A stretch of 64,000 nt of DNA, taken from the NCBI GenBank assembly GCA_002269645.1, contig NIVC01002363.1:62001-126000 (forward strand). Reading direction: 5' to 3'. The stretch is from Macrostomum lignano. Taxonomy: Eukaryota. The notes beneath the pieces are model-generated. The model saw nothing but the letters and a program-made list of their open reading frames with translations, had not been told where the DNA came from and searched no databases. Both the position numbers and the translations under genes were made by a program. Shown here in pieces: positions 25,800 through 38,094 of the stretch (its first letter is position 1; the number at the start of each line of letters is the position of its first letter).

Positions 25800-26322
25800 T
25801 CAACTGTCGAGGCTGCCCAGAGACAACTGGACAAGCTAGTTGCTGTTGCGGCGAGAGTCGGCCTGGTGGTCAACACGCAGAAGACTGGCATGCTCTGTGT
25901 ACCGGACGACATCGAGGCTGCAATTTTGTGCCGAGGCACTGATGGACAGGCGACACAGCTTCCGCGTTGTCAGCAGTTTGTCTACCTCGGCGGTCTGGTT
26001 CCCGGCGTCCGCGAGGATCTGCGGCGTCGCCGCGGGCTTGCCTGGGCTGCCTTTCGTTCTGTGAGGGCAGTCTTGCAGTCCAAGGCCTTACCTGACCGCC
26101 AGAGGGCGGCGTTGTTCCAGGCGGTGATCGAGACCGTCCTTTTGTACAACACCGAGACCTGGACGCTGACGGAGTCGCTCGAGCAACAAGTTGACGCGGC
26201 GCACGCTGGCCTGCTGCGTGCCGCGTTCAAGGTCGGCTACGAGCGAGTGCCCAACGCGGATTTGTATCGCCGCGCCGGCCTGGTCCGTCCAAGCAACTTG
26301 TTGCGCCGTCGGCGATTTTTTT
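25800..26322 (+). mobile_element. RTE-clade non-LTR retrotransposon fragment (RT C-terminal/thumb region)
   Basis: AAQRQLDKLVAVAARVGLVVNTQKT...FVYLG...RRRGLAWAAF...FQAVIETVLLYNTETWTLT. Confidence 0.8.
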
Positions 26323-26934
26323 AATTAACAAAGCACACTTAATGAATCATTTTTGCTTTTCGGCGTCGCAAGTCGCCAAGCAAATTTGATTTTGTAAAAA
26401 ACTTCTTAGAGTATTACTGATACCAAAATATGTATCGAAAATTGATTAGAGAGCCTTACTAAATGCTAGAAAATTTTACATTGTAGAAAGGAGGATCATT
26501 GCAGTTTGTTGAGGATACTGAGGAGCCGGCCGAGAGGAGAACTTGAAGACTACAAATGAAATTACTGCAGACTGCTGAGGGGAACTGCAGATTGTCGAAG
26601 GGGTCATTGCAAACTGCAAAGGGAACAGACTGCAAACTGCTGAGGGGGGTTAACTGCGGACTGCTTGAGAGGATAATGGCAGACTTCTGAGGAGGATAAA
26701 TAACTATTGAGTTTTGAGAGGGCGCTAAGGGAATAAAGGCTTAATGCTAATGAACATTGTAGACTGAAAAGGGGATAACTGCAGGCTTCTAAGAGTATGA
26801 CTGCAGTCTGCTTTTCGGGATTAGAAGGGATAATTTCAGGTTGCTGTGAGGATAACTGCCGATTTCTGGAAAGGGGGGATTTACTTTAAACTTCTTAGGC
26901 GATAATAGTAGCCGCCTAATGTCAGTTTGGGAGT

Positions 26935-27440
26935 GGTGCCAATCTGGGAATAGTAGTGCTAATCTGGGGGAGGAGTAGTGCTGATCTGGGGAAGTGGGGC
27001 TAATTTGGGGGAGTGAGGCTAATTTGGGGGAGTGAGGCTAATCTGGGGAGTGAGACTAATCTGGGGAGTGGGGCTAATATGGGGGAGTGGGGCTAAAATG
27101 GGGTAGTGAGGCTAATATGGGGAGTGGGGCTAATATGGGGGAGTGGGGCTAAAATGGGGTAGTGAGGCTAATATGGGGAGTGGGGCTAATATGGGGGAGT
27201 GGGGCTAAAATGGGGTAGTGAGGCTAATATGGGGAGTGGGGCTAATATGGGGGAGTGGGGCTAAAATGGGGTAGTGAGGCTAATATGGGGAGTGGGGCTA
27301 ATATGGGGGAGTGGGGCTAATATGAGGGAGTTCTGATATAGGAAGAGTAGGCTAATATGGGGAGAATAGTAGCTGGGCGGTGTGGTGCTATAATCTGGGT
27401 GAGCAGCACTAATTTGGGGGAGCTGTGCTAATCTGACTTA
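26935..27440. repeat. G-rich ~20-21-bp minisatellite (GGGGAGTGGGGCTAATAT)
   Basis: Direct inspection. Confidence 0.9.
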
Positions 27441-28169
27441 TTACAGTAAAGTAATAGGTATGAGAGAATTGCAAATCAATTGTTAATTGCAAGTTGCAAA
27501 AGTTTCAAATGGTTTTGATTTATCGAGAAGTATGTATATTTGTGGCTATCTGCTCAGGGATTGTGCGAAACAGTGCTGGTGAACCATTGCTAAACTGTTA
27601 GTGAACCATCGCAAGTTTCTTTATTAAAAGCTATTTTAAAGAGAAGAAAACTCAATGAAAGAAAGAACGAAATAATAATAACCAAAACAGAAGCGCCCTG
27701 TTGAATATAAGACTCATTGGGAATTGCTAAGAGTCAAGGCTTACGGCGGAAATTGCTGAGATGTCAAGGCTGGAGGGGAATAGATGAAATGCTGTAATTC
27801 TTGGGGAGAATGCTATGATTTCAAGCTTCATTTGGAAAATTTCTGAGATGTCAGGCTCACGGGTGGGGTTTCTGGGATATCAAGGCTCACGGGTGGGGTT
27901 TCTGGTATATCAAGGTTCATTGGAAAATTGCTTTGCTATCAAGGCTCATGGAAACAATTACTGAAATGCTGTGGTTGTTGGGGGGATTGCTAAAATGTCA
28001 AGGCTAATGCGGCGGTAACCTGCTGAGTTGTTAGGTCTCATTGGGGAATATCTGGAATGCTTTAGCTCAAGGCCCTATGGGAGCAGCTGAGATGTCAAGA
28101 CTTATGTCGTGAATTACTGAAATGCTTTTGCTCATGGGAAATTGCTGAAATGCTGATGCTTCAGAAGGA

Positions 28170-28350
28170 TTAGGGTTAAGTTAGGGCTAGGATCCCTGAT
28201 GCGCCAGAGTCCCAGGCTCGATTCCAAGTGCAGTCACATTAATTTGGGGCTGAATTGGAATCTCGGCTTGGCTCTGCTCGTGCAATTAACGCCCTTGAGG
28301 GCCAACCCCCCAAGGCGCAGAGTGAAGTGTACATACGTAAATAAATTTAG
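28170..28350 (+). mobile_element. Possible degenerate tRNA-derived SINE
   Basis: B-box-like GGCTCGATTCC; ends GTAAATAAATTT; no second copy seen. Confidence 0.3.
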
Positions 28351-29849
28351 GGCCACACTCCTGTGTGAGGGTGTGCCTGTGCGTGTGACTGTGTACGTAT
28401 CCGCGCGCTTGTGTGCCTGCTCAGGGGAGTCAATGCCTCTCGCCGGTTGTGCGACAATATCGCTTAAAGTGCGCCAGGGTGCACACAGGTCCTGCCTCTA
28501 ATAAAAAATTGGTGGCAAAAAACTTTTCATTATCAAAGCGATTTTACTCGCACTAAATGACAAGGATCTTTAAAACTGTTTAGAGATTTTATTGGAGATA
28601 TAAACGTCATTATTGGTAGCTCAAAGCGTCTTCATCGCAATTGTTTGATTGCTATTCCAAGAAGATATAATTCGTCTTTTCTACATTAGACAACGTGTGA
28701 AAATTCCTGCGAAAGCTTCGCAAATGAAATTACACTATTGCCATAAGCATGTTCGTCAATTTTCACACTTAATTTACTTAGTGGAACCTGATCTGGATAC
28801 TGCAGTTGGCACCTATGCAGTTTTATACAGAATTGTATTTAAAATTTTGCAAATTCCGTTAGTCAGTTTTTCCCAATCCAAACACAGTTAAAGCTTGATA
28901 TTTGAGCAAAATTCAGATCCGGTTGTAAAACTCAAATAAGTAATCTACATGCAGCAGCATTTTTACTTGTGAGAGTTGGCATCCGGCATCGGGTTGGTGC
29001 GACATGCAAACATTTATTTTGGCAAATGCAAACGGTGCTGACTAAAAGTTTTCCCAGTGCGTTCAGTTGTAAGGGACGCTGCAAAGTTGAGAAACTATCT
29101 TATATTGAAATTAAAATTGGTCTGCTGAATCGATAACCACATTCGGCTAATCATTATTCACTCGTCAGCGTATAAAAGCTAGATAGAAAAGCTTTTAAAA
29201 ATTTTACGAGCCAAAGCGCTCTCGCAGCGCGCACGAGAGAGCGTGAGCGCACAAATAAAAGGGGGCCGACGCCGTCCACCCCCAACCCAACACCCCCGCC
29301 TGCCGGCCGGCACCCAGCACCCCACCTTGCGGCAGGGATGCACACGCGCGGGCCGCACGCACAGACGGGCGGAGGGGGCGGCCCCGTCGGCTAAACACGA
29401 TTACAGAGCCGGTTAAAACCGGCCCCTGAAATCGCAACCTTATATTCCTGTTCTCTGACCGGAAATCGACATCTTCATTGGTACATGGATTCGTTGCCTG
29501 AACGGCAAGGGGACCCTGCAAAATGCTGTGGCTCATGGGGGAATTACTTGAAATTTCGATTCTTTTGAGGGAGCTGCTTAATGTTGAGGCTCAAGACCTA
29601 TGGGGGAATTGCTTGAAATTTCGATTCTTATGAGGGAGCTGCCTAAATGTTGAGGCTCAAGACTTATGGGGGAATTGCTAAGCTTTTAATTCTTGTGGTG
29701 GCTTTCTAAGATGTCAAGGCTCGCGAGGTAAATTGTTAAGATGTCAAGGGTCATGGGCGAATGGCTAACATGTGAAGGGTTGTGGGTTATAGGGACCTTG
29801 CTGAGATGTCAAAAGTTTTGCTGAGATGTCAACTGGCAAAGTAAAAATG

Positions 29850-30300
29850 AAAAGCGTGGTCATGTAAAAAAAAGGAAGCGCCGTGTCAGACATGAAAGAA
29901 TTGCGTAATGTAAAAATAAAAGAAGCATCATGTAAGACATAAAGGAAACCTAGCTCATGTAAAAAAGAAGGCGTCATGCCAGTCATAAAAGAAGCGTCAT
30001 GTCAGCCATAAAGAAGCGTCATGTCAGCCATAAAAGAAGCGTCATGTCAGCCATACAAGAAGCGTCATGTCAGCCATACAAGAAGCGTCATGTCAGCCAT
30101 ACAAGAAGCGTCATGTCAGCCATAAAGAAGCGTCATGTCAGCCATAAAAGAAGCGTCATGTCAGCCATACAAGAAGCGTCATGTCAGCCATACAAGAAGC
30201 GTCATGTCAGCCATAAAAGAAGCGTCATGTCAGCCATACAAGAAGCGTCATGTCAGCCATAAAAGAAGCGTCATGTCTCCCATAAAAGAAATATCATGTC
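29850..30300. repeat. 22-23-bp minisatellite (AAGAAGCGTCATGTCAGCCATA); related motif at 51370-51430
   Basis: Direct inspection. Confidence 0.9.
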
Positions 30301-33070
30301 AGTCATTTGATGGGTTTCGGCCTTTTCGGCTTCTTTGGGAAAAGCCTTCGGGCCTCAGGCCTCAGAAATGAATCAATTAGAGACTTGCCCCCCCCCACTC
30401 CTGTCAGATGTCAGCCCCACGGTAGCTTGATCGTGTGGCGAGCAGTCTGGTCCCATAGCTAAGAGAGGGACAGCGAGAGACAAGCAGTGAGAATTTTGAA
30501 GGTAGAGATCAGCTAATCCGCAGATTAACTAATCCGCTGCCACCAGCCCGTGTGTGTAGAGTGCTATACCTCCCAAGAAAAGTCATACAAATTGTTAACG
30601 TACTACTTATAAATTTATTCAATAGTATAGTAAGTAGCATGTATAAAAATAAGTATTGAATCACACGCGCAATTTTAGTCAACCAATAAGAAGAGAGGAA
30701 TCTCGAGCATGCCAATTTTAGAAATCACCCAATCACGTGCGACCCACAACTGTCAACTCAGACCCCACCGTCAAGTCATCATTTGGTTTGCACTCGGGTT
30801 GCACCCGGATGAACCAATCAAAGTCTACCAGCTACGGTAACCAATCATGCGCTTTTACAGTAGACTAGTTGCGCAACTTTCCGCCCTGTCATGCTTGACA
30901 GCCACCAAAATGTGACTTTTTGACATTTGCGAAAAAGTGATGGACGACCTCGAAAGAGGTCCATTTGCCGATAAATACAAGTGGTCCGAAGCGGACCCGG
31001 AGCCAAGAAACCGACCTCAGGAAGGAGAAGAGCTCCGAAGAGGAAGCCTTAGGAGGACTTCCTGCAGACCAAGTCAATCGAGACTCGGCTGAGTTCTTGC
31101 GGTAAGCCTTGCTCATTTGCGCCCGTCGTTTGAGTCGACTCGTTATTGTTATTGTGTTAGAGTCTGTTGAGACTCTTGAGTCTATTGAGACTCCATTGGT
31201 TTTAGTCTCCAGAAGGACTACCCTGATAGATCTTAGAGGACTATCAGTGATTACCGGAGCTATACCTAGAGTGCATTGAAGCACTGCTAGAAGGAGAAGG
31301 CTTATTTGAAACCGCAGTTTGGCGCAGGGATCCCATTGATAATTCGAAGCTTCTGATTGGTCCGAACGACAGATACCGGCCGGAAACGACTTCATTGGAA
31401 GTAAAGAGGAACCTGGACCAGGATAACTAAATCTAGACGTCTAAACCGATTGAGACCGAGAACTACGCACAGGACGAGATCTACTGATCAGGACTCAAGG
31501 TAATAGTTACCTTCATTTGATTACTGAGTTGCCTAGCTAAGTGCTAGAAGTGATTGTTCTTTGATTACCGAGAAAGGTCTCAGTAATAAGAAACACATCG
31601 TGCGTCCTGGCTCACCACACCGGGACTCTCGAAATCGGGCTTCCGACTAGAGGGGACTTTGCACTTACCTGATAACTAGTGTCTTTCTTCTGTCAATCTC
31701 GAAGTCATAGCCGATGTTAAGGGACACTGCTGGGACTTGATCGCATTGGCCATGCAGGTACAGGGGGGACTTGTGCAGGGGATTCTTACAGTGGCGAGAC
31801 TATGGGGTAGCTACATGTACTATTACATTGCTAAACACGAGGAATTGTACTTTTGGCCTTCAACGCACTAACTAGCCTCTCGTAGCGCTGATGATAGACT
31901 AACTCGAACCTCAGAGACCGCATGATTCATTACCCGAGCCGCTTGGCTAACCTAGAGTGCACAGAGTACATCTCTAGCGCCGATTTTGCACTTCTGGCAG
32001 TTTCGCTAACTGATTTGATAGATTGATCGACTGAGAACTGCCTTGCCATTGGTACACTGTGACCGGCGCCTACTAGCTTAGCTATTCATCTGAGCCATCG
32101 GCGAACAAAGAAATAAAATCGATAAAAATAACTGTTAGATTTAACCTTCTCCTTAAATCACTTCACACTTCAGATTGAATTGGAGTTTTAGACTACTAGC
32201 AGTATTATTGAATGATCTCTGCCTCAACAACAGCACTACTGAACAAAAAGAGCCAAAGTGTGCGCCTAATCCAGCTACTGAAATAGTGGACAGATAAGGG
32301 ATCACCCAATCAAGCAAGTCTAGGTAGCCTCTCCACCAACCAATCAGAAACTCAACAGCCGGAGACCAGGTAATCCACAGTGACCGAATCGGCTTAGTGC
32401 TTCGCAGCTGTAGACCCGGGATGATGCTGATGTCACAATCTTCGCAGATAGCCAGCAGGTGATGATCTTAACCTCGATTATTGTTGCAATCAACCGGGGG
32501 ACACGTCCTTGATGATGAGGGGGGTTGTCAAAGTCCGGGAATCAAGAGACGACGGTCGGGTGTCGGTTGTGCCGAGGTAAGAGCCGGTGACCAGTAGGCC
32601 ACAAGTTGAGTCCGAGCGGGCCAAAAACACCGGTTTAAATAGCCGCCAACTGGACCGCAGTTTGTTAAAATGGAAAACCTCGAGGCTGATTGGCTGAGCC
32701 GATTTGTTATAACTGACGTCGAATTTTCTGATTGGCTGAGCTTGTTGCCACCCAAAGTCACGTGACCAAAAGATCCTTTTAGTTCCCTCGGGGCCATAAA
32801 AATGCGCCAGGTGTTGTCATAGATCACTCAAAATCGCTACGTTACATATATTTCTCAACCTTAATGCACTGCTTACTCACAGTAGCTTAGATAAACAACG
32901 TCTAATTTGGTTGCCAGGCTCGGGTTAAGCTTGCTGAAGTCCCAAACCCCAAAACTTTATCTGCCGCGGTAATTACTTAATTACTAATACACTTTTTCGA
33001 TCTTAAAAGGTAAAAAGTCGGAGAGTTCTGGAACAAGAGTTGATATCAGGGACAACTAAAACTACTAAAC

Positions 33071-33345
33071 TGTATTGGGTTGAAAAGAAGTTATATTCTG
33101 GCGCCAATCTTAATCCGTAGAAATAACCATTAAAAGTACCCTTATTTTATTTTTTCACAACAAAAACATATCAACTCCAGAGACAACTAAACTATAGAAT
33201 GTCCCTGAAATGGCGTCTGATAGGCCATTAGTTGTCCCTGGAGTTGATATGTTTTTGTCGTGAAAAAAAAATAGGGGTACTTTTAATGGTTATTTCTACG
33301 GATTAAGATTGGCGCCAGAATATAACTTCTTTTCAACCCAATGCA
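33071..33345. repeat. Foldback palindrome with ~115-bp arms (MITE-like)
   Basis: ATTGGGTTGAAAAGAAGTTATATTCTGGCGCCAATC... pairs with ...GATTGGCGCCAGAATATAACTTCTTTTCAACCCAAT. Confidence 0.85.
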
Positions 33346-33446
33346 TCGACAAAATTTATATTAAAATGGCTTCTGTACCTTGTTTACAATAGTTTTTGAA
33401 AGCCATCTTTGTGGGGCATTTTCTTAGTAACAACAAAATTTAGTTT

Positions 33447-33720
33447 GAGGCTAATTATCAGTTTCCAATCTGATAGAGCCAGTCTCAGGTGTTAACTTGA
33501 GGCTAATTATCAGTTTCCAATCTGATAGAGCCAGTCTCAGGTGTTAACTTGAGGCTAATTATCAGTTTCCAATCTGATAGAGCCAGTCTCAGGTGTTAAC
33601 TTGAGGCTAATTATCAGTTTCCAATCTAATAGAGCCAGTCTCAGGTGTTAACCTGAGGCTAATTATCAGTTTCTATTCTGATAGGCCAGTCTTAGGTGTT
33701 AACTTGAGGCGAATTATCGG
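33447..33720. repeat. 52-bp tandem repeat x5; single unit at the paralogous site 42787-42838
   Basis: GAGGCTAATTATCAG starts at 33447, 33499, and onward. Confidence 0.92.
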
Positions 33721-34439
33721 TTTCCCATGTAATACTTGAATATGTCATTTTACACCCTCCCCACTTGGCACAGCCCTAAGATTCTTGACTTCTACGTAAC
33801 AGTACTTCTTTGCTGCTTTTTAATGTGCGTTATTCCTTCTAAAAAATCAATTCACAAATGCACATACATAAGAGACAGAAGCGTCAGTCCAGCGACGCTG
33901 TGCTGAACATTTGACTCAAACGAATTCAATCGCTTTCGTCTCGATTCATCACAGATTGCAGGCGAAACTCTACCAACAATTTGATATGCGTGCAGCAGCC
34001 AGCAAGCTGACTTGGGCATCGTGGGCACCTAAATGTTGCGACATGCCATTCCGTTTACTTGATCAAAACTTCTACAGCAGTCTGTTACAGTTTTGTGTCT
34101 GTAAATTTACTGCAATGGTTTCGCGAGTGCTACAGCTACCCTGATTTATGTCATCAGAAGCAAAGAATGGAACCAAAAAACACAGAAATTTTGATGCTCA
34201 AGTCGTAAAACAGCAAAGATTTGCTTTAAGATTTCGTTTTTTATTGGCTTGTAATAACTGAACAATTAAATTGAAGTAAACTTTTTAAGAAATTTAAAAA
34301 CAGCATATTATTGGGAAACTGTTGAATTACCAAATATTAAAATTTAGCAGGGTTACTTTTTGTTGTTTTCAATGTCATTTCAGGCGTATCGTTAGTTTGA
34401 TTTCGTGGCTTCTTAAATTGTTTGAATTATAAAGGAGGT

Positions 34440-35219
34440 TCACGCGTGAATCCGTTTGTACTTCATCCACTGCAGCTTCTCTTGGTTGTTGGCAGAAAAG
34501 TCGGAGCCACTCAGCGGCAGGCTGGCATCGAAGTAGGGCAGCAGGACGCACTGCCTCCTCACCGGGTGCCAGTAATATCCGATGCAGTCCTCAAATTCGA
34601 ACACAAGGCAGGCCTGGGAGCAGTGGAGGTGAGTTTTAGCCCTTGGTTCCTTGATCCAGCAGCCTGGGCTGGGTTGATCGTACGCGACGATTTCCGTGCG
34701 AACAAATTTACCAGTGGTGGCTTTGGTAGCGATTCGGTTGGCCACAGCGGCATCCTCGTAGCAGAAAACGTTGTTTAGATCATTACAAGTCGTGTCCCTC
34801 AGTTTTTTAATCGAGTCACTTTTTATTGTCACGCAGTCTTGGTTGTTTCCAAGATTATTTGGTTCGTCACTTAGAAAAACTGATCCGCTACCATCCGTGA
34901 CCTGGCCGTCCTTGATCCAAACCCAGCCGTCTTTCTGAGTGCCTCTCTCGTTCAGCGCATCGACCAGTCCGACCCACCATCTGTCACCAGAAAAGCTGGT
35001 AGCCACGATGGCGTCGTGCACAGACTTGCTGATCATCTCCTGGCCGTTCTCGTGACAAGTCTTAATCGCATCGCAGAATGTCACGTGTTTGTTGTAATTC
35101 TTGACACACCAAGACTTTCCAGAGTCGGTGACCTCAATTAAACCGCCAGGACAAGTCGCCGCAACAGAGGCAGGCATCAACAGAAGGGCAGCTACCATTG
35201 GAAAGAGTAGCAATGCCAT
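34440..35219 (-). CDS. Intronless secreted C-type lectin domain + C-terminal PAN/apple-like domain protein, 259 aa (copy A)
   Basis: Signal peptide; CTLD motifs TFCDAIKTC, WWVGL, WVW, EPNN...DCV...CND...FC; second Cys cluster PGC...HCSQAC...DCIGYYW...QCVL. Confidence 0.85.
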   Translation of the reverse strand: MALLLFPMVAALLLMPASVAATCPGGLIEVTDSGKSWCVKNYNKHVTFCDAIKTCHENGQEMISKSVHDAIVATSFSGDRWWVGLVDALNERGTQKDGWVWIKDGQVTDGSGSVFLSDEPNNLGNNQDCVTIKSDSIKKLRDTTCNDLNNVFCYEDAAVANRIATKATTGKFVRTEIVAYDQPSPGCWIKEPRAKTHLHCSQACLVFEFEDCIGYYWHPVRRQCVLLPYFDASLPLSGSDFSANNQEKLQWMKYKRIHA

Positions 35220-35746
35220 GACCGAGTGTATCAGTTTTCTGTTGATTGTGTAGAACCAGAATCTTTAATTAGCCGAAGGGATGATTTTAGTTCCGTAGGA
35301 TTTTCACTTCGAGATCTTCTCTCCGTTGGATGCTTTATAGCAAATTCCCAACAGATTTTTTGGTCACAGTCAGCAGGTAGATAAGCCTGCCATGGCGTGA
35401 AGCATCCTACATTGTCGCGATTTTCCGCCAATGAGCTGCGAAGGAAGTGCGGCTCCAAGGCTGCTCGAGCTACAAGCTGCATGCATCTCTCTCTCTCTCA
35501 TAATGTATCTTATATCTAAAGCCGAGCTCCCCGCATATCTACGGTTTAACGCGTATCTCCTCCTAGAGGGGTTGGCGGCATGTTTTGAAAAAGGGTACAG
35601 AAGAGACGGCTATCAATTTCTAACTGTCGCTGTGTATTGGAGGCTGGGTCACTCGGGTGACACGAGGGTGCGATGTCCATAATTAGACAGAATGAGCGCC
35701 CCTAATAATATGCCATTTTTCTATTTTATGCTATTTTATACCATAG

Positions 35747-38092
35747 TGTAAAAGCCGAGAGTTTTGACTCAAAATTACGAAGTTTATCTGGCATGCAGGT
35801 TAACTGAGGAGCTCCGACTATTATATAGTCAGCGACAGAAATGTTAAAATGACTCACCCAGCTGGGGTGACGGGCATGCACAGAGTAAAGCAAGATGCAA
35901 GTAATAAGAGAGCAGCCCCCAACACTGATGGTACAAATCAAACCCAACCTAACGCTATACTCTCCCCCAAGAAAAGCCCAATGGATGAAAAACGGGAATA
36001 AAGCAAAAGTAAAAGCAACAAAAAAGTTTGTCAACAGTTTGTCAAAAGTTTGTCGAGCTCGTCGACAGGTCGCCGTTTAAAAATCCGACCGCCGTCGCTG
36101 CCTTTTTTTGACCGACGTACCGCGTTGCGGGGTTCAGGCGCGAGTCCGGGCCGACCGGCTGACCCCCGGAGTCCTCGGCGCTCCGACAGTCGTCCTTGGT
36201 GGCCGGCTTGGCTGGCGGCTTGTCGCTCAAATTCGGTGGGTCGACAAAGCGCTTCAAAGGGTCGTGGTGGACCAGCAACCGGCGCCTGCCGTTCACAGCC
36301 TGCAGTCGGTAGTTCACAGGACCAATCTTCTTAAGGATAATGAACGGACCGGACCAGCGGTTCGACAGCGACTTGCACTGACCGTGCTTCATTGTCTGGT
36401 GTGTCAGCATCACTCGGTCACCGGTCTTGAAGTCAGCAATCTCTGTCAATAGATTTTAGAACTCGTGATGCGACCTCTGAGCCATGTGCAGGTGCATCCG
36501 CACCTGCACCGCATCCGCACCTGGAAACCGCCCCTGTTTCGGCGCTCCCTTGCGGCGTTGGCAAACCAGGCAGCTTCGCACCCAGTCCCGCACGTCCTCG
36601 CGCATGTCCGGCCACCAGGAACGCTCGCGCAGAGCACGCAGCACCCGCCGCTGTCCGAGGTGACCCGCGCTCGGTTGGTCGTGCGCCTGTTGCAGCAGCT
36701 CCGCTCTCATGTGCTGGGGGATCACCGGCAACCCGTTGTGGAGCAGTACGCCGTCCGGTCACAGCGTCAGACAGGGCAGCCGCTTCTGGACCGACGCACT
36801 CACCGCCGCCGGAACTTGAAAGTCGGGCTGGAGCATCGCGTGCCGAACCGCGTGTAGAACCTGGTCCTGGTCCTGCTCGTCAGGCAGATTAGCGATCTGG
36901 AACTGCACCGCCGCTGCTCGGCTGAGGGTGTCTGGCACGATGTTCTCCTTGCCGGGCCGGTACAGGATCTCCAGGGGGAACTCCTGAATGAGCTGCAGCC
37001 AATGTGCCAGCCGACCGGTTGGCTCCTTCGCGTTGAGCAGCCTAGTAATCGGCGCTTGTGGTCGGTGAGCACCTGGATATTAATACTGCTGTGTAGTGCA
37101 TGCGCCCTTGTCAGTTGGCAGGGCGCGTTGCACTTTGGGGCTGGGTGGGGGGGTTGGCGGGCGTGGCAGGGTCTGGCCCCGGCCGGGCTTTGCGCGTGCC
37201 CCTCCCCAGCCGTGCCCCTGCCCCGTGCTCAGGGCTGGTTGGCTGCGGCCGGGCCAGCTTTGGCGCGGGTGCAGCCCCTCCCCCCTTAGGCGGGGTTTTG
37301 ATTGGCTGGGCCGGCGTGGTTTGTTTTGGTGAGCTTAGCCGGTGGGGCCGTCTGCCCCAGGGTTTGGGTGCTATTTATGGTGCGACTCTGGCTCTTGCCC
37401 ACCACCTGCGTTCTTTTTGTGTTTTGGTGTGCTCCGAGAGTGCAAGCGCGAGACCTGATAAAAGAAACAGCAACATTAGCTACTTTGATAAAAGAAACAG
37501 CAACATTAGCTACTTGGATAAAAGAAACACAATAGCCTAATTGAGAAGAGTCTTGGAGAATTAAGAAGAAGTCGGAAACTGCGCTTGAGACCTGCGAATA
37601 ATAAACGGTGAACAGTCATCTGGCCACTGGTAAGCCGCCTGCTGTTTGAGTCCTTTCTTTCCGGGAAGCTTGCTAGGCCGAATTCTTGCCAGAGCGTCAT
37701 AACGCCGGGAGACCATATAGCTTCTGTAGTACGGTACCGTTTACCATATATATTGCGTACGCCCTACGGTATAGAGAATAGAAGCACTCGAGAGTGTCAC
37801 CACACCTCGAGCCGCAGCGTGAACTCTGAGTGTCACAACACCAGAGGGATCGAATTATTATCGCAGAGCGTCGCCACGCCTGCTCGTCGTATTCATAAAA
37901 GTACAGACAGAGCGTCACAACGCCTGTTATATCACATATAATATATATTGTACTCGGGACTGGGCACCCAAGCCGACCCGGGTTACAACAGCTGCTCAGG
38001 TACATTCGAAACTTCTTGAGGCTCCAAACAATCGTGAGCAGCTCCCGGTCCGTGGTACTGTAGTTGCGCTCTGCCTTGCCCAGCATCTGGGG
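35747..38092 (-). mobile_element. Gypsy LTR retrotransposon, 3' half (RNase H, integrase zinc finger, deleted core, C-terminal tail, PPT, 3' LTR ~35747-35959)
   Basis: AERNYSTTDRELL, LTDHK, LAHWLQLIQEFPLEILYRPGKEN, AHDQPSAGHLG...WWPDM...CLVCQRRK, WSGPFII...VNYRL; PPT GGGGGAGAG; LTR end CTCGGCTTTTACA. Confidence 0.88.
37092..37990 (-). mobile_element. 899-bp solo LTR inserted in the Gypsy RNase H
   Basis: TG...CA ends with a 4-bp TSD GCTG at 37088-37091 and 37991-37994; removing it restores MYLSSSINIQVLTDH. Confidence 0.8.
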
Positions 38093-38094
38093 CT

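Noticed and set aside
28188-29520. Possible hAT element bounded by TAGGATCCC / GGGACCCTG
   Set aside because: The TIR match is weak, there is no TSD, and there is no second copy.
30305-30365. Hammerhead-like GCCGAAAAGGCCGAAAC on the minus strand
   Set aside because: The CUGANGA box is missing.
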